A stretch of 64,000 nt of DNA from Macrostomum lignano (taxonomy: Eukaryota). Below the pieces are notes generated by a model that did not search any database, had not been told where the DNA came from, and saw only the letters and a program-made list of their open reading frames with translations. The position numbers and the translations under genes are program-made. Of this stretch, positions 38,501 through 50,735 are shown in pieces. The DNA lies in the NCBI GenBank assembly GCA_002269645.1, contig NIVC01001383.1, forward strand, positions 164,740-228,739, written 5' to 3'. Position 1 is the first letter of the stretch. The number at the start of each line of letters is the position of its first letter.

Positions 38501-41500
38501 CTCTGCTGCAGGCAGTGAACGTACACTCGATATTTCAATGCTTTAAATCAGAAAGTTTCAAACGCTAACTGTTGCTCGATTTTTGAACTTTGAGAGACGA
38601 GACTTTTATTGCTGGAAAGAGCTTGCAGCGCTGAGTTCGGGGATATAAGTTGTTTGCTTTAAATATGATAATAACTAAAAATACAGCATTCAAAAAACGA
38701 TTTCCATACTTTTGCAAAGATTGTACTTATTTTTGCGACAGGTCAGAGATAAAGTTGGGGGGTTCAACGTCTACTTGCCACTGCGTATTGGAAGGGGGGC
38801 GGTCACTGTGTATTGGATGGTTGATTTAAATTGCGCAATCATTTTGTTAACTTGAACTCAGACTGATACTGACTTATTGAGAAATCGATTGCGCAATCTG
38901 TTGCTTCAATTAGTTCAATTTTTTATTATCGCTGCCTTTCAACACGCAGCTGTGTGTAGCTCTAACCCTAACCCTAACCCTAGCCACTGAATCCTGAGAG
39001 TTGAGTTCTGTCTGACGAAGTAAATTTCGATTGAGTCCAGTTTCACGGAGAGGACTTTTTGTCCTCGGAGAGGACTTGGATGATGGAACTCGGGTCATGG
39101 AATTCAGCTAATGAAGTTCAGGGAATTGAATTCTGGTGATGGGAGTTCTTCCAATGGGAGAGAAAAGAGAGTAGATATGAGAGAGGAGAGATTAGAGATG
39201 ACATACGGGAGAGAATAGGAGAGTAAGGCGAGAATGAAGAGGGAGAGAGAAGCAAAAGGAGAAGAGAGTGAGGAGAGAGGAGAAAGATGAAAGATCAGAG
39301 ATAAGAGAGTGTAGAGAGGAAAGTAGTGTGGAGAGGAGAGATGAGAGATGCGATGAGAAGAGATGAGTGAGAACATAAGAGAGAAGAGATCAGAGATTAG
39401 AGAAGAGAGGGGAGAACATGAAAGGAGCAAGGAGAGGAGAAAAGAGAGAATGGAGAGAATAGAAAAGAGAGAAGAGAAGAGACAGGGGATAGTGGAAAGG
39501 AGGAAAGAAAGATGAGAGACAAGAAAGTAGAGCTTGAGAGCGTAAATGAGATATGAGAAATGAGAGCAGAGAGGAGAGAAAAGAGAAGAGAGAGAGAGGG
39601 TTAAGAGAGACAATAGATAAGTGAGTAGAGATGACATATGAGAGAGGAGAGAAGAGGGAGAGATAAGAGAGAAGAGAGGAGACAGGAGACAGAAAAGAAG
39701 AGGAGGGATGCGAGAAGAGAGGAGACAAGAGACAGGAGAAGGTACAGACGAAAGACAAGGGAGAAGAGATAAATGAGGGAGTAGGGGTAGTGATGAGATG
39801 ATAGAGAGGAGAGAGAAGAGAGTCACGATAATAGCGAAGAGAGGAGAGAGGAGATATGAGAGACGTGAGAGTCTTTGAGCTATGGTCTTTGAAACGTTTT
39901 GTAAAGAATTTGGAGACGATTTGGAATATAGGGTTCAAGGCATGGAATTTCAGTTGATGGATATTTCAGGGAATGGAATTCCGGTGATGGGATTTCTTCC
40001 TCTATCTCCTCCAGAGGAGGAGTTCCACTTCTTTAATACTAAAGTTGGTGCGTTGTTTGTCTGTGTGTGTGTGTGTTTGTTGGATAACTCCTCCTAGAAT
40101 ACTTGCAAGTCAGCGTTGAAACTTATGTGGGAAAACTGCAAATTTTCCGAGGATGGCTTTAGGCTATTTTAATCTTTTATTTTTACATTTTAAGATCCCT
40201 AAAAAAGCAGAAAATGGCGGTCTTGACCTTTGATAATCTTAATTGTCCCCTCTTTCTGCTTGGAGCTGAAAATTTGCATCAATTTTAGTGATTGCGCCAT
40301 AAAATTTTTCTATCTTGGCAGTGTATTTTCTCTCAAGTGGGGGGATGGTCGCGTTCTCAGTGGCTGCGTGTGTACACTTGAACCCTGGCTCACTGACTGA
40401 CTTTATAGACAATTGCGCAACTATTTGTGTTCTGTTTTTTAACAGGAAGCCCTGTGTACCACCTAGAATACTTGCAAGTCAGCGTTGAAACTTATGTGGG
40501 AAAACTGCAAATTTTCCGAGGATGGCTTTAGGCTATTTTAATCTTTTATTTTTACATTTTAAGATCCCTAAAAAAGCAGAAAATGGCGGTCTTGACCTTT
40601 GATAATCTTAATTGTCCCCTCTTTCTGCTTGGAGCTGAAAATTTGCATCAATTTTAGTGATTGCGCCATAAAATTTTTCTATCTTGGCAGTGTATTTTCT
40701 CTCAAGTGGGGGGATGGTCGCGTTCTCAGTGGCTGCGTGTGTACACTTGAACCCTGGCTCACTGACTGACTTTATAGACAATTGCGCAACTATTTGTGTT
40801 CTGTTTTTTAACAGGAAGCCCTGTGTATTTTTTGCACAGTGAAATTCAGTGCATTTTAATGCATAAACTTGCGAGCATCTTTAGCAGGCAGTGAACGTAC
40901 ACTCGATATTTCAATGCTTAAAATCAGAAAGTTTCAAACACTAACTGTTGCTCGAGTTTTGAACTTAGAGAGGAGAGACTTATATTGCTGGAAAGATCTT
41001 GCTGCAATGAGTTCGGGGATATAAGTTTTTTGCTTTAAATATGAAAATTAAATTCACAGCATTCAAGAAAAGATTTTCATACTTTTAGCTTTCTGCAAAG
41101 ATTGTGCTCATTTTGGAGTTCAATGGGGGTTCGACCGACCCCCCAATAGTTGGTGGGGGGAGTTCAATTTCTAGCTGCACTGCGTATTGGAAGGGGGGTC
41201 GGTTGCTGTGTATTTGAGGGTTGATTTAGATTGCGCAATCTTTTTGTTAACTTTAACTGAGGCTGATACTGACTGCCTGAGAAATAAGTTGCGCAATTTA
41301 ATTGGTTCAATGTTTTTACGGCGCCTTTCAACACGCAGCTGTCAACCCTAACCCTAACCCTAACCAATGAATTCTGAGAGCTGGGCTATTTGACGTAGAA
41401 ATTTCGATTTAGTCCAGTTTCACGGAGAGGATTTCTATTTCGCGGAGAATATTTCGATGGTGTTCAGTTTCACGGAGAGGATTTCGATAGTGTTCAGTTT

Positions 41501-44500
41501 CACGGAGACGATTTCTGTTGCGCGGAGAGGTGTTGGAAAATGGGATTCCGCTTATGGAGTTCAGGGAATGGAATTCCGCTGATTGGAGTTCTTCCCCTTT
41601 CTTCTCCGAAGGAGGAGTTGGCCTCGTATATACTAAAGTTGGTGCGATGTTTGTGTGTTTGTTTGTCTGTTGCATAACTCCTCCTAGAATACTTGCAACT
41701 CAGCGTTGAAACTTATATTGGAAAACTGCAAATTTTCCGAGGATGGCTTTAGGCTATTTTAATCTTTCATTTTTACATTTTAAGATCCCTAAAAAAGCAG
41801 AAAACGGCGGTTTTGACCTTTGATAATCTTAATTGTACCCTCTTTCTGCTTGGAGCTGAAAATTTGCATGAATTTTGAGCGATTGCGCCATAACTTTCTC
41901 CTATCTCTGCAGTGTATTTTCTCTCCAGTGGGGGGATGGTCGCGTTCTCAGTGGCTGCGTGTGTACAATCGGACCCTAGCTCACTGGCTGATTGTATAGA
42001 CAATTGCGCAACGATATGTGTTCTGATTTTCAATAGGCTGCCCTGTGTAGTTTTGGACAGTGAAATTCAATGAATAAACTTGCGAGCCTCCCACTGCTGC
42101 AGGCAGTGAACGTACACTCGATATTTCAATGCTTTAAATCAGAAAATTTCAAATGCTAACTGTTGCTCGATTTTTTAACTTTGAGAGGAGAGACTTATAT
42201 TGCTGGAAAGAGTTTGTAGCGTTGAGTTCAGGGATATAGGTTTTTTGCTTTAAATATGAAAACTAAAAGCACAGCATTCAAAAACGATTTAAATACTTTT
42301 GCAAAGATTGTACTTATTTTTGCGATAGGTCAGAGATAAAGTTGGGGGGGTTCAACTTCTACTTGCCACTGCGTATTGGAAGGGGTCGGTTGCTGTGTAT
42401 TTGAGGGTTGATTTAGATTGCGCAATCTTTTTGTTAACTTTAACTGAGGCTGATACTGACTGCCTGAGAAATAAGTTGCGCAATTTAATTGGTTCAATGT
42501 TTTTACGGCGCCTTTCAACACGCAGCTGTCAACCCTAACCCTAACCCTAACCAATGAATTCTGAGAGCTGGGCTATTTGACGTAGAAATTTCGATTTAGT
42601 CCAGTTTCACGGAGAGGATTTCTATTTCGCGGAGAATATTTCGATGGTGTTCAGTTTCACGGAGAGGATTTCGATAGTGTTCAGTTTCACGGAGACGATT
42701 TCTGTTGCGCGGAGAGGTGTTGGAAAATGGGATTCCGCTTATGGAGTTCAGGGAATGGAATTCCGCTGATTGGAGTTCTTCCCCTTTCTTCTCCGAAGGA
42801 GGAGTTGGCCTCGTATATACTAAAGTTGGTGCGATGTTTGTGTGTTTGTTTGTCTGTTGCATAACTCCTCCTAGAATACTTGCAACTCAGCGTTGAAACT
42901 TATATTGGAAAACTGCAAATTTTCCGAGGATGGCTTTAGGCTATTTTAATCTTTCATTTTTACATTTTAAGATCCCTAAAAAAGCAGAAAACGGCGGTTT
43001 TGACCTTTGATAATCTTAATTGTACCCTCTTTCTGCTTGGAGCTGAAAATTTGCATGAATTTTGAGCGATTGCGCCATAACTTTCTCCTATCTCTGCAGT
43101 GTATTTTCTCTCCAGTGGGGGGATGGTCGCGTTCTCAGTGGCTGCGTGTGTACAATCGGACCCTAGCTCACTGGCTGATTGTATAGACAATTGCGCAACG
43201 ATATGTGTTCTGATTTTCAATAGGCTGCCCTGTGTAGTTTTGGACAGTGAAATTCAATGAATAAACTTGCGAGCCTCCCACTGCTGCAGGCAGTGAACGT
43301 ACACTCGATATTTCAATGCTTTAAATCAGAAAATTTCAAATGCTAACTGTTGCTCGATTTTTTAACTTTGAGAGGAGAGACTTATATTGCTGGAAAGAGT
43401 TTGTAGCGTTGAGTTCAGGGATATAGGTTTTTTGCTTTAAATATGAAAACTAAAAGCACAGCATTCAAAAACGATTTAAATACTTTTGCAAAGATTGTAC
43501 TTATTTTTGCGATAGGTCAGAGATAAAGTTGGGGGGGTTCAACTTCTACTTGCCACTGCGTATTGGAAGGGGGCGGTGGCTGTGTATTGGATGGTTGATT
43601 TAAATTGCGCAATCATTTTGCTAACTTGAACTGAGACTGATACTGGCTGACTGAGAAATCGATTGCTCAATCTGTTGCTTCAATTAGTTCAATTTTTTAT
43701 TATTGGTGCCTTTCAACACGCAGCTGTGTGTAGCTCTAACCCTAACCCTAACCCTAGCCACTGAATCCTGAGAGTTGAGTTCTGTTTGACGGAGAAAATT
43801 TCGATTGAGTCCAGTTTCACGGAGAGGATCTTTTTGTCTTCGGAGAGGAGTTGGATGATGCAACTCGGGTTATGGAATTCAGCTAATGGAGTCCAGGAAA
43901 TCGAATTCCGGTGATGGGAATTCTTCCGATGCGAGAGAAAAGAGAAAAGAGAACAGAGAAAAGAGATTATAGAAAAGAGAGTAGATATGAGAGAGGAGAG
44001 ATTAGAGATTAGAGAAGAGAGGGGAGAAGATGAAAGGAGCAAGGAGAGGAGAGAAGAGAGAATGAAGAGGATAGAAAAGAGAGAAGAGAAGAGACGGGGA
44101 TAGTGGAAAGGAGGAAAGAAAGATGGGAGACAAGAAAGTAGAGTCTGAGAGCGTATATGAGATATGAGAAATGAGAGCAGAGAGGAGAGAAAAGAGAAGA
44201 GAGAGGGTTAAGAGAGACGATAGATAAGTGAGTAGAGATGACATATGAGAGAGGAGAGAAGAGGGAGAGATAAGAGAGAAGAGAGGAGACAGGAGACAGA
44301 AGTGAAGAGGAGAGATATGAGAGAAGAGAGGAGACAAGAGATAGGAGAGGGTACAGACGAAAGACGAGGGAGAAGAGATACATAAGGGAGTAGAGATAAG
44401 AGGAGAGAGAGGAGAGACTAGATATAAGATAGCAAAGAAGAGAGAGCAGAGATGAGAGACTAGAGATGGAAAGCAGATTAGAGAGAAGAGATAAGAGACT

Positions 44501-47500
44501 ACACTGTAGAGATGAGAGGGCAAAGAGGAGGGCAAAAAGGCTTTACAGAGGATTTGGAGATGATTTGGAAGATGGGATTCAAGTCATGGAGTTTCAGCTG
44601 ATTGATTTCAGGGAATGGAATTCCGGTGATGGGAGTTCTTCCCCTTTCTCCTCCGGAGGAGGAGTTCCACTCGTTATATCTAAAGCTGAGTGGATCGATC
44701 GACCGGCCGGGTTTAACGCGTATCTCCTCCTAAACGGCTGGCAACTCAAATGCGGGACTTATATATATCAATGCAGAATTTTCCTACGCAACAAATAGGC
44801 TATTTTAATGTTGAAATTTTCAAAATTAAGTCTGTTAAAAAAGCAGAAAACTGTTTTCTTAACCTTCTTTGGCCACATTGCCTCTCCAGTGGAGGGGTAG
44901 TGGCATAATTGTAAAAACAACCACCCCAACCTCCTCCCGCGGGTCGCTGTGTTTTGGAGGGGTGGGTGACGCGTGTTCTGGGTTCAATGCTAATAAAACC
45001 CCCGCGTGTTGGGGGTGCAGTAAAATTTAATGATTCCCCCGGAATAGGGGGGGGGTTGGTTTGGGCTGAGTGTACATAGCAATGTACTGTGTAAACAGAT
45101 AGATAAGGACTGTGTCGAGATTCAATTGGTTTTATTATCGGCGTCTTTCAAAAGGCTGTGTATTAGCTGGGCAGCTAAATTCAATGAATAAACTTGCGAG
45201 CGGGAAGTTCAAACGCCAACTGTTCCTTGAGTTTTAAGCTTTGAGAGGAGAGAATTTGTATTGCTGGAAAGATCTTGCAACGCTGAGTTTGGGGATATAA
45301 GTTATTTGTTTTAAATATGAAAACAAAAAGCACAGCATTGAAAAAACGATTTCCATACTTTTAAACTTTCTGCCAAGATTGTAGTTGGGGGGGGGGAAGG
45401 TTGCGTACACAAATTCAAGCCAGCTATCATTTGAGTAATTTCAGTAATGGAGGAGGCGGGTGATAAATTTCAATTGGTTTGATTATCGGCGCTTTCAGTC
45501 CGTCAGATAAGAGAGTAGAGAGAAGAGATTTCAAGGAGAAGAGAGGATAGAAAGATGATAGAAAAGACAGTAGATATGAGAGCTGTGAGATTAAAGACGA
45601 GTCGACGACAGAGGGGAGAGAAGAGGGGAGTGAGGCGGGAATGATGAAGAGGGAGAGCGAAGAGAAGAGAATGTAGAGGGAAAAAAGGAGGGGAGAGAGG
45701 AAAAATGAGAGAGCAAAGGAGGCAGGAAAGATGGGAGGAGAGAGAGGGATAAGAGAGTACAGAGGAGAGAGAAGAGAGAAGAGAGATGAGACAGGAGACG
45801 GTAGAGAGGAGAGGGGAAAGATGAGAGATGAAAAAGGAGAGGGTAAGAGAGAAAATAGGAGTATGAGAAATGAGAGCAGAGAGAAAAGAGAAGAGAGAGA
45901 GAGGGCAGGGTAGAGGAGAGGCGATAGATAAGCGAGTAGAGATGAGAGATGGAAGAGAAGAGGAGAGATAAGAGAGAATTGAGAGAAGACAGGAGAGAAG
46001 ACGGGAGAGAGAGAAGCGAGAAGAGAAGAGAGAGAGGACTCAGGAGAGAGATGAGAAAAGAAATGAGAGAGCAAAGGGGAAAGATGAGAGAATAGAGATA
46101 AGAAAAAAGAGATAAGAGCGCAGAGAGGAGAGATGAGAGATGGGAGGTGATTGATAAGAAAGTAAGAGTAGAGATGAGAGAGGAGATGAGAGCAGAGAGA
46201 AGAGATTAGATAAAGGAGCAAAGAGGAGAGAGGAGACAGGAGAGAGTCTCAGTCTGGACCTGGCAGTCAATTTTTGCGAACAGGGAAAACATGCTATGAT
46301 ATTTCAGAGGTTTTATGGAGGATTATTTAAATTTTTTGACGTACACCCAGACAAGTAAAAAGCATATTTTATAGACTTCAGTTTCATAGTCTTGAGTGAC
46401 TGAACTTTGATAGAGATAATATTCTTTTAATTGATGGATTGTAGCTTGAAGGAGATGATACACGCTGGATTGCATTTAACGGAGATGATTTTGATGATAT
46501 CTGTTTCATAGAGAGGATGAAATGGCTAAATGAAAGGGAATAGAGAAAAGAGAAAAGGAAAGAGTGGATAAAAGATTAGATGAAAGAGAACATGAAAAGA
46601 GAGAATCAAAAGGGACAGATTAGAGAAAAGAAAAAGAGAATAAAGGCGAGAGAAGAGATGAGGGAATTGAGAGGAGAGAGGAGAGGGGGTAAGAGAGGAG
46701 AAAGAGGAGACTGGAGGGAGTAGAGCCAAAAGACGAGAGAGAAGAGATAAAAGAGTAAAGATGAGGGGAGAGAGGAGAGAGAAGCGAGAGTATAAGGGAG
46801 AGAGGAGAGGGGAGAAAGTAGAAAGATGAGAGAGCAGAGAGGAGAGTGAAGAGATAAAAGAGAAGAGAGGAAAAAGTAGAGGAGAAAGAAGAGAGTAGAT
46901 ATGAGAGTGCAGAAAGGAGAGATAAGAGAGTAGAGATGAGAGATAAGAGATGAGATGAGAAATGATTGATAAACGAGCAGATGAGAGCAGAGAGGAGATA
47001 GGAGAGATTAGAGATGAGAGAGCAAAGAGGAGAGAGGGACAGACGAGAGTCTCAATCTGGACAATGGCAGTCAATTTTTGCAAACAGGTAAAACAACATG
47101 ATATTTGGGGGTTAATAGAGGATTTGGAGAGGATTTGGACGATGGGATTCGTGTCATTGGATTCAGCTGATGGATTTCAGGGAATGAAATTCTGGCGATG
47201 GGAGTTCTATCCCCATACTCCGCCAACGGAGGAGTTGGCCTCGTTTATTTATATACTCGTAAGAGACTGCACATCGCTAATAGGATTTTGGAATGCCATT
47301 CTCATCCGTCAGACAAGTCAAATCTGTCTGACCTATGTTCGATGTTGAATTACACGCTAGGCTGTCTTAGTGTCCGTCAATCTGTGTGTCTGTTTGTCTG
47401 TCTGTCTGTCTGTCTGGCTGCCTGTCTGTCTGTCACTCTGTCTGTCTGTCTAGCGCGCATTAGTTTGATTAGCCACCCATTTTGAAAAGCACTGGACACA

Positions 47501-48654
47501 AAAGCGCACAGAGGCTATTGTTAGAAGAATTGCCCAAATCGCCTAAATGTCGGGAGATTAAACTTGGAACGCCTATAATTTTAACACTCTAGTTACCATG
47601 CCGTATTGCGCTTTGGCCATCATGATGCATTAAAAAGCTATTTTCTTCCAATATCTTTGCAAATATTGAAACGATATTCGATAGTCAGGCAAAAACACAT
47701 CTTAAAATATAGAAAAGTTTGATTGAAGGGCATTTTATCCGTTAAAACCGAAGATAAAGACGGGTTGGCCGGTTGGCCCATTCCCAAGTTTCATTGTCTC
47801 GCAGTTCACCGCTAATGGACTGCTTCCAATTCCGATAGACATTAAGAGACGATAGGAGGCATTTTCGCTTGAGAGAAACATATATGATACTAAATTTATA
47901 AGTTTGATGACGATCAGGCGTGAGCAAATAGAGGGGAAAAAGCACTTTTTCTATTTTTTTACAGAAATGCTATTAACTTAACGCTAAAAGTTTTACATTT
48001 GCATGCGCTCAGGAGTCAGCGGACTGGGCAGAATTGCCGTCAGCGCTGGCTGTGGGACGATGTCGCACGGGAGGCGTTGCATCAGGGTGCCCGCAGCTCT
48101 TTTGTGAATATTTACAATTATATTTAAAGTGCTGTGTTGCGTGAAGGGCAAAGAAAAGACTCGAAATTTTAGTCTTAGCTACAGATTCGCCTAAAACGTT
48201 ATCCTGCTACTGCTACAGATGAGACTGAAGACACAGTTATTACAATTAGAATCGCGATTCAATGCCAGGGCATAGACGGGAGGCAGACAGGCAGGCAACC
48301 GAAACGATAGAAAATAATGAGACAGACACGAAACTGAGACTGGCAGGCGGGAGAAGAGAAAAGACAGCAATAAAAATCCAATCAAAAAACGCGGCAAAAC
48401 AGACAAGCGACTACCATGCAGATATTAACTGGGCGGAGCTAGATCAGCTTTCAAATCAATAACAAAAAGCTGGAAAAATTCATCCAAAGATTCCCGGATA
48501 GATCAGGCACCCAAAGTAAATGATTAAATCCCATTGGAGCATGAAATCTCATTACATTACAAAACGCACACAAAACAGCACATTATAGATAAAGCATTGC
48601 CAATAGGCTTAAATATGATGTCGGACAAGGGAGAATTAGGTTTAGACTAGATCA

Positions 48655-48774
48655 GAGACAGACAGACACTAAGACTAAGACAAGACACTAAGACAGACAT
48701 TAAGACAGACACTAAGACTAAGACAAGACACTAAGACAGACACTAAGACAGACAGACAGACAAAACAGAGAGGC

Positions 48775-48830
<56 letters not shown>

Positions 48831-48887
48831 TGACTGACTTACTGACAGAAAGACAGACAGACAGACAGACAGACAAAACAGAGAGGC

Positions 48888-48935
<48 letters not shown>

Positions 48936-48955
48936 TGACTGACTTACTGACAGAA

Positions 48956-49011
<56 letters not shown>

Positions 49012-49038
49012 TGACTGACAGAAAGACAGACAGACAAA

Positions 49039-49085
<47 letters not shown>

Positions 49086-49113
49086 TACAGACAGACAGAC
49101 AGACAGACAGACT

Positions 49114-49155
<42 letters not shown>

Positions 49156-49177
49156 AAGACAGACAGACAGACAGACA

Positions 49178-49223
<46 letters not shown>

Positions 49224-49257
49224 AAGACAGACAGACAGACAGACAGACATACAGACG

Positions 49258-49288
<31 letters not shown>

Positions 49289-49333
49289 ACTAAGACAGAC
49301 AGGCAGACAGACAGACAGACAAAACAGAGAGGC

Positions 49334-49369
<36 letters not shown>

Positions 49370-49385
49370 TGACTTACTGACAGAA

Positions 49386-49421
<36 letters not shown>

Positions 49422-49448
49422 TGACTGACAGAAAGACAGACAGACAAA

Positions 49449-49514
<66 letters not shown>

Positions 49515-49515
49515 T

Positions 49516-49561
<46 letters not shown>

Positions 49562-49583
49562 AAGACAGACAGACAGACAGACA

Positions 49584-49625
<42 letters not shown>

Positions 49626-49659
49626 AAGACAGACAGACAGACAGACAGACATACAGACG

Positions 49660-49690
<31 letters not shown>

Positions 49691-49742
49691 ACTAAGACAG
49701 ACAGGCAGACAGACAGACAGACAGACACTAAGACAGACAGGC

Positions 49743-49779
<37 letters not shown>

Positions 49780-49782
49780 CTA

Positions 49783-49847
<65 letters not shown>

Positions 49848-49850
49848 CAG
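48655..49850. repeat. (GACA)n microsatellite, about 1.2 kb, with internal higher-order duplication
   Basis: Read directly. Variant motifs (GACAAAACAGAGAGGCA, GACTGACTTACTGACAGAAA, GACATACAGACGGAC) recur. Confidence 0.97.
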
Positions 49851-50384
49851 ACTGATGATCAGTATAGCAATTCCTGTCAAGTGATAACAATGCACTGATG
49901 CAATGAAAGGCGATATTCTATTGAGAGGGCGGGTTTACTCGCCCATGCGCATAGGGAGCTTCGCAGTTTCTATAGATATTGAGACAGCAAATGCATCAAC
50001 TGTTAGCAGCACGGGGATGCATTCTCAAGCCTTACAGACTGTCTGAACGAGCAGAATAATAAGCCCGCATGCCTACTGTATGCATACCTATCTATACATC
50101 TACAGTTCCATCCGTGCTTTTTAGCCCAAGCCAGTTTGCAAAAAATCCATCCGGCTTTTAAAACAAAAGCAGCCGAAAGGGGGAACAAATCAATGCCAGC
50201 CAAATACCTAAGCAGTGATTCACTAAACAGTTGACATGAAATAATTTTCTGTGCTTTAGCATATTAAACAAAAAACGAATGCCTGGATGCTACAAAATAA
50301 ATGGGAACTAAGGAAGACATATTACAATTATTAGCTTACAGGTAACACTATGTCAGCATGGCGATTTGTCTATATAATAAGCAA

Positions 50385-50650
50385 CAGATAACACTGTGTC
50401 AGCATCATTCAATTAGCTACAGGTAACACTGTGTCAGCATCATTCAATTAGCTACAGGTAACACTGTGTCAGCATCATTCAATTAGCTACAGGTAACACT
50501 GTGTCAGAATCATTCAATTAGCTACAGGTAACACTGTGTCAGCATCATTCAATTAGCTACAGATAACACTGTGTCAGCATCGTTCAATTAGCTACAGGTA
50601 ACACTGTGTCAGCATCATTCAATTAGCTACAGGTAACACTGTGTCAGCAT
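50385..50650. repeat. 35-bp minisatellite AGGTAACACTGTGTCAGCATCATTCAATTAGCTAC, about 7 copies
   Basis: Period 35 (50421 to 50456), no spacers. Confidence 0.95.
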
Positions 50651-50735
50651 GGTGATTCTCCCACTATCTAAATTTTCTGCTAAATGCAAGTCAGATATTA
50701 TTTTAACTTATAAATGCAGAAATTACACAACTTAC

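Larger units (their letters stand above)
5657..43760 (-). repeat. 13 short interstitial telomere-like (TTAGGG)2-5 tracts, one per main-family Helitron module
   Basis: (TAACCC)n at about 5657, 6714, 8003, 9372, 11626, 17084, 19821, 34318, 36553, 38961, 41345, 42531 and 43737, nearly always shortly after a CACGC(A/T)GCTG-type motif. Confidence 0.9.
4533..47243 (+). mobile_element. Head-to-tail tandem array of 14 Helitron units (13 non-autonomous, 1 coding) inside the FNDC3 intron
   Basis: Left edge is A|TC at 4532/4533. A 5' motif TC..TA(T/A)TACTAAA(G/A) followed by TGTC/TGTT microsatellite recurs. 3' hairpin plus CTCG/CTAG termini end at 6991, 8381, 9914, 12814, 15711, 18490, 21268, 35642, 37960, about 40031 (degenerate), 41626, 42813, 44673 and 47243. 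One unit encodes Rep-helicase. Confidence 0.85.

Noticed and set aside
11871-47083. Many long L/S/F-rich or E/R/K-rich ORFs (e.g. 20156-21175, 36902-37867, 45427-46221)
   Set aside because: Artefacts of translating GA/CT-rich low-complexity blocks; no domain motifs or splice structure.
47995-48115. GC-rich patch as a possible extra FNDC3 exon
   Set aside because: No convincing minus-strand acceptor/donor pair or FNDC3 similarity, and the flanking exons already join in phase. RNA-seq would be needed.
48675-49780. Long SVCL-repeat ORFs of up to 336 aa
   Set aside because: Translation of the (GACA)n microsatellite.
50385-50650. 35-bp repeats of CRISPR-like length (also the 34-bp, 23-bp and 31-bp arrays)
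   Set aside because: Units are contiguous with no unique spacers, there are no cas genes, and the context is eukaryotic introns; these are minisatellites.
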